IMG/VR virus record: IMGVR_UViG_3300045988_166613
Coordinates: 1-64,000 of that record
Origin: a virus
Length of the DNA stretch: 64,000 nucleotides
Strand: one strand, 5' to 3'
Below, in pieces: positions 52,842 to 62,123 of the stretch. The first letter of the stretch is position 1. Each line of letters starts with the position of its first letter. Under the pieces are notes generated by a model. That model ran no database searches. It had not been told where the DNA came from and saw only the letters and a list, made by a program, of their open reading frames with translations. The translations under genes and the position numbers were made by a program.

Positions 52842-55616
52842 CTATTTTTCACACTTTTTAACTATTTTATATGTATTTCCAAATATATATTCTGTTCCAT
52901 TTTTATCTTCTATTAATATCTTATCCTCTAAAATATTATTGCTTTTAAAACACTTCAAGACATATTGTGCATTATTGTTATATAATAATGTTAATACTAA
53001 AGATGTCATATCTGAAAACTTTTTATCTGTTTCTTCTTTAATAATACCAAAAGCTTTTCTTAATACTAACATTACTGTATGATTGTTTAATTTTATAGTT
53101 CTTAATTCTTCTAAAGCTTTCTTCTTAGCGTTTCTGCTAATTGTATATCTAGCCTTCTCCCCATATTTTTCTTTACAAGACAATGTTTTACACCAACCAA
53201 TAGTTCTATTGCACTTAACTATAATATCTAATATTTTTTGTTGTTGTCCTTTTTTATCTGGTTCACCTTTTCCTAGTTCAGAATATTTTACCAATAGATC
53301 TTTTACATTAATTAATTTAGTAGATAAAGTTTTTCCCAATTCATTATCCATAACATCTTGTAGATAATCCATTCCACAATCTAAATGTTTTAACGTTCTA
53401 AACTTATTATCCGCTATCTCTCCAAAGAATTTAGGTACTATCATTTTCTTAATTATTTTTTCTTTTCCATCTTCATCTTTTAATGTTTCTTTATCAAAAT
53501 CTAATATATTTTTATTATTAACTCTCCATTTATTTATTTTTTGCATTTCCATTAATAATGACATTCTCTTACCATTGTTATCCATAAAGCTTTTTTTAGC
53601 CATATCAATAGCTATTTGAGAAAATGATGATAACATTGAACTTGCATCATATAGTTTTTGTATAAGTTCCTTATCGCCATTGTTGGCTATATAGTGCCAC
53701 ATATAAGCATTACATATAGCACTTTTATTTACTATTTGTCCTATTGTTCTTGTAGATTGTCCTAAGTAATTATCTAATTCTGCTAATTCTTCAAGTGTAT
53801 CTCTTTTTAAATCTGTTTTCCCTTTTATAGCATTAATAGGTGTATAATATTTATCCATACATTCCTTAGCCTTAGAGACTATTGTGGGCTGTTCTATTAA
53901 TAAAGCACTATCTATATCAAAATCACATCCTTGAAGTCTATTCATTACATCCACATCATATGTATTAAGTACAACTACAAAATCACTTAAATTAAACCAT
54001 TTGTACTCATTATGATATGTATTGGTAACATGAGCTATATTTCCACTATTTATTTGTGGATTTCTTATCATGCATAACTCTTTATTATTATCAAATCTAG
54101 GGCAATATACTTCCCACCCATGACTTATACTCTCTGTAACCATTTCTTCTTGTGTAGTTTGTTTTAGCATAGTATATGGACATGAAAATAATATAGAGTA
54201 TAATGAATTAGTAATTCTAACTTTACCAGTTCTAACATCTTTTATGTAGTTATTAATTTGTTTTGATTTATAATCTTTAAATGCTTTTGTAAATCTATAA
54301 TCACTATTTACAGATAATAAATCACTAATCATTTCACCAGATGATAATTCAAGACTATTATTACCTATATAATGCATAAAATATGTCATATCATTTTTTT
54401 TCTTTGTTATTTCTTCTCTTTGTTTCTTACTTAATTTGTTACCTATTGCACCATTTTCAATTAAACAGTTATTTTTTAACATTTTAATATAATTAATCTC
54501 TTCTTGAGCTATTTCTTTAACTTCATCATAATTTAATTCTAATGAATTTATCATTTGATAAGATAATCTATTAGCATAACCATAGTTGCCTATATGATCT
54601 GTTTTTACCACGCCAAACATTGAATCTATATGTGACCACCAATGTAAATAACATTCTTTCTTAGAACTAAATTTATTGGCAAACTTTAAGAATTTACAAC
54701 TAGAAGGGGTTATAACTAATTTAATATCCTTACTATCTACCCAACCTCTATACATATCATAAACTTTAGTTATATTGTTTTCTCTATAATATTGTTGTAA
54801 TTTAGTATTAAAAGCTGCACACTTAGTAAAATCATTTCTTAATAATGCTACTGAATGTCCTTTAATTATTTCATTTTTTTCAAAAACAGATTCATCCAAT
54901 AAGCCTTGTCCATCTGTCATATTATTTTGTACTGGATAATCTTCATATTGATTAACTACTATTTCATTATCTTCATTTCTTTCTGTAACAGAAGCTTTAA
55001 CTTTCATTTCTTTACCCATTACATCATCAATAATAAGAATTTCTTCTCTTTTTATATCAATTGTCCCTATTATTCCAGACATTATTAAAGATATATAAGC
55101 ATTTTTAGAAGTTAAATCACAATAATCTCCTATAGGAAATTCTAATCCCAATAAGCATCTATCATATAAATCTTTATACATTTTCTCTTTTATAAATATA
55201 GCACTTGCAGTTCTTGCCTTACTTCCCCCTCTCTTAAACATTTTATATTTTATTCCATTTATTTTAAATCCTTCTGTATAAAGATGTTTTCTTATCTTTT
55301 TAACATCTAATTCTTTCTTACCATCAACCTTATAATGCTTTGTAAAGTTAACATTAACAAATAAATCTGTGTAATATTTATCATCCTCCTCTCTCCATTC
55401 ATTAGGATATTTTTCATTAGCCCTTATAGTTTCTAGACTATAAGGTATTGTTGCTGAATATAGAACATCTTTGGTAAATAAAAACTCTTTTGTATCCTTT
55501 CCATCTTTATCTTTTTTCTTTTTCTTTGTATTGTATCCTATCTTATCATCCTCTAATTGTGCTTTATATATGTATGCTGATTCTAAATTTAATATATATG
55601 TATTTTCTGCTCTCAT
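52842..55616 (-). CDS. YonO-like single-subunit RNA polymerase (double-psi beta-barrel, RdRP-related)
   Basis: CMIRNPQINSGNI followed by GCDFDIDS (DxDxD triad, codons at 53910-53924), the pattern of cellular RdRP/YonO-type polymerases. An HU-like gene lies downstream, like yonO-yonN in SPbeta. Confidence 0.6.
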   Translation of the reverse strand: MRAENTYILNLESAYIYKAQLEDDKIGYNTKKKKKDKDGKDTKEFLFTKDVLYSATIPYSLETIRANEKYPNEWREEDDKYYTDLFVNVNFTKHYKVDGKKELDVKKIRKHLYTEGFKINGIKYKMFKRGGSKARTASAIFIKEKMYKDLYDRCLLGLEFPIGDYCDLTSKNAYISLIMSGIIGTIDIKREEILIIDDVMGKEMKVKASVTERNEDNEIVVNQYEDYPVQNNMTDGQGLLDESVFEKNEIIKGHSVALLRNDFTKCAAFNTKLQQYYRENNITKVYDMYRGWVDSKDIKLVITPSSCKFLKFANKFSSKKECYLHWWSHIDSMFGVVKTDHIGNYGYANRLSYQMINSLELNYDEVKEIAQEEINYIKMLKNNCLIENGAIGNKLSKKQREEITKKKNDMTYFMHYIGNNSLELSSGEMISDLLSVNSDYRFTKAFKDYKSKQINNYIKDVRTGKVRITNSLYSILFSCPYTMLKQTTQEEMVTESISHGWEVYCPRFDNNKELCMIRNPQINSGNIAHVTNTYHNEYKWFNLSDFVVVLNTYDVDVMNRLQGCDFDIDSALLIEQPTIVSKAKECMDKYYTPINAIKGKTDLKRDTLEELAELDNYLGQSTRTIGQIVNKSAICNAYMWHYIANNGDKELIQKLYDASSMLSSFSQIAIDMAKKSFMDNNGKRMSLLMEMQKINKWRVNNKNILDFDKETLKDEDGKEKIIKKMIVPKFFGEIADNKFRTLKHLDCGMDYLQDVMDNELGKTLSTKLINVKDLLVKYSELGKGEPDKKGQQQKILDIIVKCNRTIGWCKTLSCKEKYGEKARYTISRNAKKKALEELRTIKLNNHTVMLVLRKAFGIIKEETDKKFSDMTSLVLTLLYNNNAQYVLKCFKSNNILEDKILIEDKNGTEYIFGNTYKIVKKCEK

Positions 55617-55685
55617 TTGTTATTCTCCTTTATGTATGCATTTATTATATTTATTAATTCTTTAATTTATTTTAATAATATGTGT

Positions 55686-56417
55686 TTACGAAATTTCCTT
55701 GTTCAATTCTTTATATATATTCTCTACCCTTTCTGTGGCTATATTAAAATATTTATCCTCTTTCTCCATTCCTATAAATTTTCTATTAGTATTTAAACAA
55801 GCTACGCCAGTTGATCCCGAACCCATACAATTATCTAATACTGTTTCTCCTTCGTTTGTATAGGTTTTTATTAGATATTGCAGCAAATCTATTGGCTTTT
55901 GAGTTGGATGAAACTTCTCTTTATCTAAATCAAAATAAAGAATATTACTTGGATAACCTTCATTTTCCTGTACCCATTCATTAGAATAATTTTGCATAGT
56001 TGTTTTTGCACTACTTCCTCTTTTAGATATTTTATTAACCTTTTTTATGCCTTGAGGATAGTAGTTATGTTTATCAAATACATTTATTTCTTCTAATTGT
56101 CTCAAAGGTTGTCTTTTGGCATTTAGGTAATTTCCTTTTATATTTTTTATCCAGTACCAAGTATATTTAAAGTTTTTAATATTGCTATTTATTAGCTTGG
56201 TAGTAAAAGGTTGAGATGAAAACAACACTATAGCTCCTTTGCAAATTCTATTATATTCTTCCCATAATTTTTTAAAATCAATAATACTATCCCATTTACT
56301 CCATGTTGTCCCATATGGTAAATCACACAATATCATATCTATGCTCTTATCAGGTATATCCTTCATTAATTCTAAACAATCGCCTTTGTATAATTTGTAT
56401 TTATCTGTTTTTATCAT
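55686..56417 (-). CDS. DNA methyltransferase (N6-adenine or N4-cytosine, beta-class order)
   Basis: CDLPYG (DPPY-type motif IV) is N-terminal and DNCMGSGSTG (motif I) is C-terminal. Confidence 0.8.
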   Translation of the reverse strand: MIKTDKYKLYKGDCLELMKDIPDKSIDMILCDLPYGTTWSKWDSIIDFKKLWEEYNRICKGAIVLFSSQPFTTKLINSNIKNFKYTWYWIKNIKGNYLNAKRQPLRQLEEINVFDKHNYYPQGIKKVNKISKRGSSAKTTMQNYSNEWVQENEGYPSNILYFDLDKEKFHPTQKPIDLLQYLIKTYTNEGETVLDNCMGSGSTGVACLNTNRKFIGMEKEDKYFNIATERVENIYKELNKEIS

Positions 56418-56497
56418 TGTTTATCTTCTCCTTCTCCCATTTCATTCTCTTTAAAATCACGAATTTAACTTAATTCTTTAATTTATTTCAACATTTG

Positions 56498-57778
56498 CTA
56501 AAATAAACTACATCCTTGACTTTTAAACTCTTTGATTTTTTCTTTTAAAACCTTTGGTTTGACATTTAAATCATTAGCAAGACATTTAATACATTTAAAT
56601 TCTTCTATGTATCTTCCATAATATTTCATACTTAAAGCTATATCATTTTTCTTTAATTTCTTATTACAACATATACATCTTTTGTCAAAATATTTCTTAG
56701 CTAATTCAATGTCTAAATTATATGTATCTGAAAATTCCTTGATTACTTCCTCTGTTGCTTCATCTCTTACACCTGTTCCATTCCAATTCATATGATATTC
56801 TTTTAATGTACAGTTTAATATTGGTGCTTTCTTATTTTCTATAAAGTCTTTCTCTAGTATATCATGCCATCTATTAAAAGCTTTTGGATACCAATATTTA
56901 TCTAATACCCATGTAGACTTAGTATAATAGGGACAACTCACGGAGCATCCAACTCTACTATATCCTTTCTTATACTTAGGATTTATAGAAACTTTTTTCC
57001 ATATGATATATAACCATACATCTAATTCACTCCATTTTCTAATTGGTAATATAGCATTCCATTCTCTTTCACCCCATTTATTGTTTTTCCATTCATCTCC
57101 ATAACTAGACCTTGTATTACTTTCTTGATTTCTCATTCCCATAAAGAATAAATATTTACTGTCTTCATCAAGATAATCAATCATAGCCCCTTCTTTGAAT
57201 ATATCACAACACGCTCTAGCTAATCTATTACCAACGAAATTATTTCTTTCTCTCCATTGATAAAACCCTTCTTTGGGATTAATTATTGTTAAATTTTCTT
57301 CTTTCTTTATATGCAAATATGTATCAGCACAGTCTAATGTTGTATTATTAAATATCTGTTCTGCATTCTTATATACTTTTCTATTTAAATAAGAAGTAAC
57401 ACTACTGTCTTTTCCTCCAGATGTTAAATTAGCAATATTTCTATTTGGATATTTTGCTATAGAATCTTTTATTAAAGTTAAACTTTCGTTTTCTAATTCT
57501 AAAAGTCTATTTAAATTTCTATTAACTGTATCTTCCCATGATTCAATTTCAAATGATTTATTGCTATATTCTTTAAACTCTATATTTAAATCATTATCTA
57601 CGTTAAGTCTTAATATTTTATGTATATTTCCTTCTTTGTCAAAAGCTTTTATTATTGATCTATCTAACCAATAATATCCTTCCTTTAATTTAACCTGTAA
57701 TCCTTTATCTTCTAAAAATTTTATAAATTCTTTAAATACTAAATTCAATTCTTTCACCTTCACAATGTTTCTACACAT
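56498..57778 (-). CDS. PP-loop ATPase / PAPS-reductase-family protein (IbrA/YbdN/DndC-like)
   Basis: LTSGGKDSS PP-loop, RNQESNTR, PIRKWSELDVWLYI, GYSRVGCSVSCP, and a C-terminal Cys-rich tail. The start is uncertain: ATG 57778 lacks an SD, and TTG 57748 follows GAAGGTGA. Confidence 0.7.
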   Translation of the reverse strand: MCRNIVKVKELNLVFKEFIKFLEDKGLQVKLKEGYYWLDRSIIKAFDKEGNIHKILRLNVDNDLNIEFKEYSNKSFEIESWEDTVNRNLNRLLELENESLTLIKDSIAKYPNRNIANLTSGGKDSSVTSYLNRKVYKNAEQIFNNTTLDCADTYLHIKKEENLTIINPKEGFYQWRERNNFVGNRLARACCDIFKEGAMIDYLDEDSKYLFFMGMRNQESNTRSSYGDEWKNNKWGEREWNAILPIRKWSELDVWLYIIWKKVSINPKYKKGYSRVGCSVSCPYYTKSTWVLDKYWYPKAFNRWHDILEKDFIENKKAPILNCTLKEYHMNWNGTGVRDEATEEVIKEFSDTYNLDIELAKKYFDKRCICCNKKLKKNDIALSMKYYGRYIEEFKCIKCLANDLNVKPKVLKEKIKEFKSQGCSLF

Positions 57779-57999
57779 CGTAAAGGTAATTCTAAAGGCT
57801 ACCCATATTTTAGTTTTAACATACTAAAACGCTACTATTTTAGAATTTTACCTACTTCTATACACCTAAACGGAACATTCTTCATGGATTGTTAATCTAT
57901 TGGACTGTGTATCCTCATTCCTTGAACCCTATCTATAGGGATTTGAAGAATTGAATTTTATATATATCAACCAAATTACCACTCCCTTCTACATCTACT

Positions 58000-58028
58000 A
58001 TTATAATACTAAATCCAAAATAAATCAA
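58000..58028 (-). promoter_or_regulatory. sigma-A-type promoter TTGATT-N17-TATAAT preceded by an AT-rich 12-mer
   Basis: Minus sense: AAATAAATTAAATAAATGATTGATTTATTTTGGATTTAGTATTATAAT. Confidence 0.5.
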
Positions 58029-58054
58029 TCATTTATTTAATTTATTTTAACATT

Positions 58055-59839
58055 TTAATTGAAATATTGTTCTACAAATAAACTTTTATTATCTAAAACA
58101 CTAAAAACTAAATCTTCCTTAGCTCTAGTAACTCCAACATAAAATATTCTCGCCTCTTCATCTAAATTATCAGATTCTAAAGCTTTTTTACTTGGAAAAT
58201 CATTATCATTAACAAGTACATATGTTTTTTTAAACTCTAATCCCTTACTTTTATGTATAGTCATTAATTGTACTTCATTACTCTTAGTTTTCTTTTTAGT
58301 AGTTTCTGAAGTATATACAAATCTAAGAAAACTTTCAAGTGTATTACTTCTTACAAATGATTTAGTGGCTTCTAAACTCTCTAATCTTTCATCTATTTCA
58401 TCACCTTCATAATTTTGTTCTATGTACTGTTGTAATCTAAATAATTTAATTATGTTATTAATTATAGTTAATAAATCTTTACCTTTTTGTTTTTGTAATA
58501 ATAAACTATGGTATATATCTATGAATTTATCTAAATTCTCTCTTTCATATCTGTTGTGTGTCCTTACATTTCTTGAAGCATCAAACAATGAAATATCTTC
58601 TTTTCCAGATAAATCAATAATATCACTTATTAAAGCGTTACTCATATAGTTAAATGGATGACATCTTAATCTGTATAAATATTCATATGCCCCATCATCT
58701 TCTGGATCTTGTAATAGTCTTAACATACATACTATAGCTTTAACTTCTTTTCTCTCAAAGAAATTATTATTAGCTTCTATGTGATAATCTATTCCATTAC
58801 TCTTTAATTCGTTTTCTATGTAAAAAGATTGTTTATTTAATCTATATAATATTGCTATATCACTTGGTTTCATACCATTTTCTATATCTTTAGCTACTAA
58901 ATTAGCTATTCTTTCTCCCTCTTCTTCTTTTGTAACCGAGAAAAACTTTGATATATTTCCATCTTTTTTATTATTAGCTATGGAATCTGAATAATATTTA
59001 AAATCCCCTAAATACTTTTTAATAAAGTTATTAGCTCCTTGAACAATATTATTACAAGATCTATAGTTAATATCCATGTTTAGTATTGTTGCATCCTTAT
59101 ATCTTTTATCAAAGTTCATAAATAATTCTGGTGAAGCTCCTTTAAATTTATAAATGCTTTGCCTTATGTCTCCAACTACAGCAATGTTTCCACTTGGGCA
59201 TAATAAATCTATTAATTCGTTTTGTATTACATCATTATCTTGTTGTTCGTCTACTAGTATATAATCAAAAGTATAATATTTTCCTCTCTCAGATTTTAGT
59301 ATTTTTATTGCTTGTAACATCCAATCTGTAAAATCATAAGCTTTTTTAGAGTTTTTATAATCCTCATAAGCCTTATAATACGTTCTTAGGTCTTCTACAG
59401 TATAACTTTCGCTATCAGTCTCAATATCCATAACACCATTTCCAGATACCTTCTGTAAAGCTATATAACTCATTATTTCTTTACATTTAGCTTTTTTATC
59501 TATTCTTTTAAATATATTTTCTATTTCATAAGTTGGTAATTGTTTTGATACATCTATACCCTCAGACATTAATATTCTTTTCGAAATAGCATGGAATGTA
59601 CCTACTTGAACATTTTCTAAACATTCTTTTTTTAATTTCTTTCTTAAATCATTACCTGAGTTGTTGGTGAATGTTACTGTCAATATTTTATCTTGACTTA
59701 CGCCGTCTTCTACAAGTTTTTTTATTCTATTTATTATACAAGCTGTCTTTCCACTTCCAGCAGCAGCCAAAACACATACTGCTCCTTTCTTAAAGTTAAT
59801 AACTTTTTCTTGTTGATTATTAAATTTCATTCTACCCAT
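58055..59839 (-). CDS. UvrD/PcrA/Rep-family superfamily 1 helicase
   Basis: AAAGSGKT (Walker A), VDEQQD, VGDIRQSIY and VGVTRAKEDL motifs. ATG 59839 after GAGAGGA is preferred over 59860. Confidence 0.85.
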   Translation of the reverse strand: MGRMKFNNQQEKVINFKKGAVCVLAAAGSGKTACIINRIKKLVEDGVSQDKILTVTFTNNSGNDLRKKLKKECLENVQVGTFHAISKRILMSEGIDVSKQLPTYEIENIFKRIDKKAKCKEIMSYIALQKVSGNGVMDIETDSESYTVEDLRTYYKAYEDYKNSKKAYDFTDWMLQAIKILKSERGKYYTFDYILVDEQQDNDVIQNELIDLLCPSGNIAVVGDIRQSIYKFKGASPELFMNFDKRYKDATILNMDINYRSCNNIVQGANNFIKKYLGDFKYYSDSIANNKKDGNISKFFSVTKEEEGERIANLVAKDIENGMKPSDIAILYRLNKQSFYIENELKSNGIDYHIEANNNFFERKEVKAIVCMLRLLQDPEDDGAYEYLYRLRCHPFNYMSNALISDIIDLSGKEDISLFDASRNVRTHNRYERENLDKFIDIYHSLLLQKQKGKDLLTIINNIIKLFRLQQYIEQNYEGDEIDERLESLEATKSFVRSNTLESFLRFVYTSETTKKKTKSNEVQLMTIHKSKGLEFKKTYVLVNDNDFPSKKALESDNLDEEARIFYVGVTRAKEDLVFSVLDNKSLFVEQYFN

Positions 59840-59887
59840 ATGTATTTTATCCTCTCTCATTTATATTTTTTATTTTATAAATATGTA

Positions 59888-60673
59888 TTATGCAGCTTCT
59901 TGAACTTTTTCAATTAAAGGTAATATGTCATTTTCTTTTAATAAGTTATATAAGAACAATCTACCCTTTTGAGTCCATTTAGTGTTTATCTTTGTTCTAA
60001 CTTCACCGTTATTATTCTCATATTTATATGTATCTGATTTTGTATATCCACAACTTTGATATTTGCTATATAATAACCATTGACCACTTTGTTTATATTG
60101 AATTCCTAAATCATGCAATGTTTTATTCATTGTTTGTCCACTTAAACCATAATCTTTGGCTATTTGTGTAATAGTTAAAGCATCTACCGATTTTAATATT
60201 ACATCTGTATAATCAGCCTTTGGTTTTAACTCTCCTATTACTTGATCTTTTTGTTTATTTTCTAGTTCTAATTTTTCATTTCTTTCTACTTGTTCAACTA
60301 GCTGTAGTAATGCTTCTTTATATGTTTGAGGTAATCTTTTAGTAAAACTTTCTTTTAATTTCTTTTCACAAGCTATAAAATATTTTCTTGCTTCTTTTCC
60401 TTTTTCTGTTCCAGTTAACATAGAAATTTCTTTTGCCATATCTGTAGTAATAGCATAATCTTGTAATTCTCGATTAGCTCCATTATTTACAACCGTACCT
60501 GTAAGTACACTTGTAAAATCAACTCCTTCTTCGAATCCATATTTATTATCAGGTTTTATGTATTGCTTCATCCATACACTAAATCTTTTACTAAGTTCTA
60601 AGAAACCGTATAATTCCCTAGCACTAACCAAATGTTGTCCATTTCCTTCTTTAATTTTAATTAGTTCATTCAT
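59888..60673 (-). CDS. antirepressor-like protein (AntA-type N-domain + KilAC-like C-domain)
   Basis: VSARELYGFLE...FSVWMKQYI...DYAITTDMAKEISML...ARKYFI, then ...TITQIAKDYGLSGQTMNKTLHDLGIQ. Confidence 0.6.
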   Translation of the reverse strand: MNELIKIKEGNGQHLVSARELYGFLELSKRFSVWMKQYIKPDNKYGFEEGVDFTSVLTGTVVNNGANRELQDYAITTDMAKEISMLTGTEKGKEARKYFIACEKKLKESFTKRLPQTYKEALLQLVEQVERNEKLELENKQKDQVIGELKPKADYTDVILKSVDALTITQIAKDYGLSGQTMNKTLHDLGIQYKQSGQWLLYSKYQSCGYTKSDTYKYENNNGEVRTKINTKWTQKGRLFLYNLLKENDILPLIEKVQEAA

Positions 60674-60856
60674 TTTATCCTTCTCCTTTATATGTATTAA
60701 TTCTTTAATTTATTTTAACAATAGTTTTATTTTATTCTATAAGCCTTTGTAATCAATTTTATTTTTAAGAATATAATTTATCCTCTTATTCTACAAAACC
60801 TCTCACACAAGCTTATATTAGTCTTTAAATTGATGTCATTCCCTATGACACTTATT

Positions 60857-60885
60857 ATATTACACCTTTAATTTCAAAATGTCAA
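60857..60885 (-). promoter_or_regulatory. sigma-A-type promoter TTGACA-N17-TAATAT preceded by an AT-rich 12-mer
   Basis: Minus sense: AAATAAATTAAATAAATGATTGACATTTTGAAATTAAAGGTGTAATAT. Confidence 0.5.
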
Positions 60886-60917
60886 TCATTTATTTAATTT
60901 ATTTCAACATTTTTTTA

Positions 60918-61661
60918 TTATTTCTTTTTAACTACTACCCAACCTTCCTCTTTTAGCTTTTGTTTGTATAATCTCATTGCTCCATTTAATTCATTCTCCC
61001 AACCATCTTTATATATTACATATGTATTACGAGATTCTTTTATCTCTCCTGTTATAGTATTATGTATTTGCCCTATATTATCATATTTTATTAATTTTAG
61101 ATTTACTAATTCATCAATATATTTCTTTATATTACCCTCACTAATAGAACAATTATTTTTTATATCTTTGTAGGAAGGAAAACCTACCTCATACAATCCA
61201 TCATTTATATCCTCATGTTTTTGTCTTTTATAAATTCTAGCTTTTATTAAACAAAACAATTTCAACAAATTTATCTTCTTAGATTTTGTTTTAGATTTCA
61301 TTATCCAATCATATTGATATTGTTCTAGCTTAAAAAAGCTGTTATTTATTTCTTCTAATTCACAAACTATTAAGTCATTTAACTTAAATCTATTTGTATT
61401 TGTAATAATTTGCTTATCTTTTATTAGTATTTTTAATACATCTTTAAATTGATCATTCGTTTTACCTTTAGTATCATTTAACTTATATCCCGATTCTTCT
61501 ATACAATTTGCAAGGGATATATAAGCTTTATTAAAACCAGTTCTATGCATATTTATGTATAACATGATTAAAAAGGCTTTTTCACCATATTGGTTTAATA
61601 TACTTTTATCACCAATAATTAGGTCATTAGGTATAGCACTACTCCCCTTATTAATCTTCAT
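60918..61661 (-). CDS. replication-initiator/organizer-like wHTH protein (tentative)
   Basis: ATG 61661 after GGGGGAGAT. Two predicted wHTH-like segments. Palindromic sites lie just upstream. Confidence 0.4.
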   Translation of the reverse strand: MKINKGSSAIPNDLIIGDKSILNQYGEKAFLIMLYINMHRTGFNKAYISLANCIEESGYKLNDTKGKTNDQFKDVLKILIKDKQIITNTNRFKLNDLIVCELEEINNSFFKLEQYQYDWIMKSKTKSKKINLLKLFCLIKARIYKRQKHEDINDGLYEVGFPSYKDIKNNCSISEGNIKKYIDELVNLKLIKYDNIGQIHNTITGEIKESRNTYVIYKDGWENELNGAMRLYKQKLKEEGWVVVKKK

Positions 61662-61706
61662 TTTATCTCCCCCTTTCTTTATATTTTTATAATGTGTCAT
61701 TTTAAC

Positions 61707-61773
61707 GAGTATGGGAAAAACCCATACTCAGATTGTGATTTTTGGGATTTGAGTATGGTAAAAACCCATACCC
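61707..61773. promoter_or_regulatory. pair of related palindromes (operator or iteron candidates)
   Basis: GAGTATGGG-AAAAA-CCCATACTC (61707-61729) and GAGTATGG-TAAAAA-CCCATACC (61751-61772). CGCTA is repeated four times at 61834-61875. Confidence 0.45.
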
Positions 61774-62123
61774 GCAGAGGTGTAATAAAATACTAATATA
61801 TAATAAAATACTAAATATTCTCTCTCAGCCAAAACGCTAAACGCTAATTTGTCTAGAGAGGAGTTCGCTACGCTATTTCTTTTTTTGGTTTTTGTTCTGT
61901 TCTTTTTTATTCTACTCTTTATTTTTTATAATTTCAACTAATTATTTAATTTATTTCAACTTTTTAGTTTTTCAAGTCTTATCCATACCCTCTCAGGTCG
62001 CATTGTTTCGTGGCAAAAATGAGATTCTGTTCATTTATTTGCTTGAGTTGATAAATTATAAGTCTGAGCTTCTAAATTTAAAATATAGCTCATTTTTTGA
62101 CCATAGTACCGTTGAGAGTTATA

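Noticed and set aside
7012-55665. Many plus-strand ORFs of 60-125 aa nested inside long minus-strand genes, for example 7012-7386, 11599-11955, 21566-21892, 26819-27175, 36305-36664, 36780-37115, 38335-38583, 40552-40860 and 53083-53367.
   Set aside because: These are typical antisense artefacts of AT-rich coding DNA. Their translations are rich in F/L/I/S, they lack Shine-Dalgarno sequences, and each is fully overlapped by a motif-bearing gene on the other strand.
57779-58054. Possible fourth intron, suggested by a GC-richer structured insert between the helicase and the PP-loop gene that shares CTAAAGGCT with the TMP/TerL introns.
   Set aside because: Both flanking genes look complete: helicase motif VI lies near its C-terminus, and the PP-loop gene has its own N-terminal region. 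A good promoter lies at the upstream end, and the shared string is only 9 nt. I report it as a structured leader instead.
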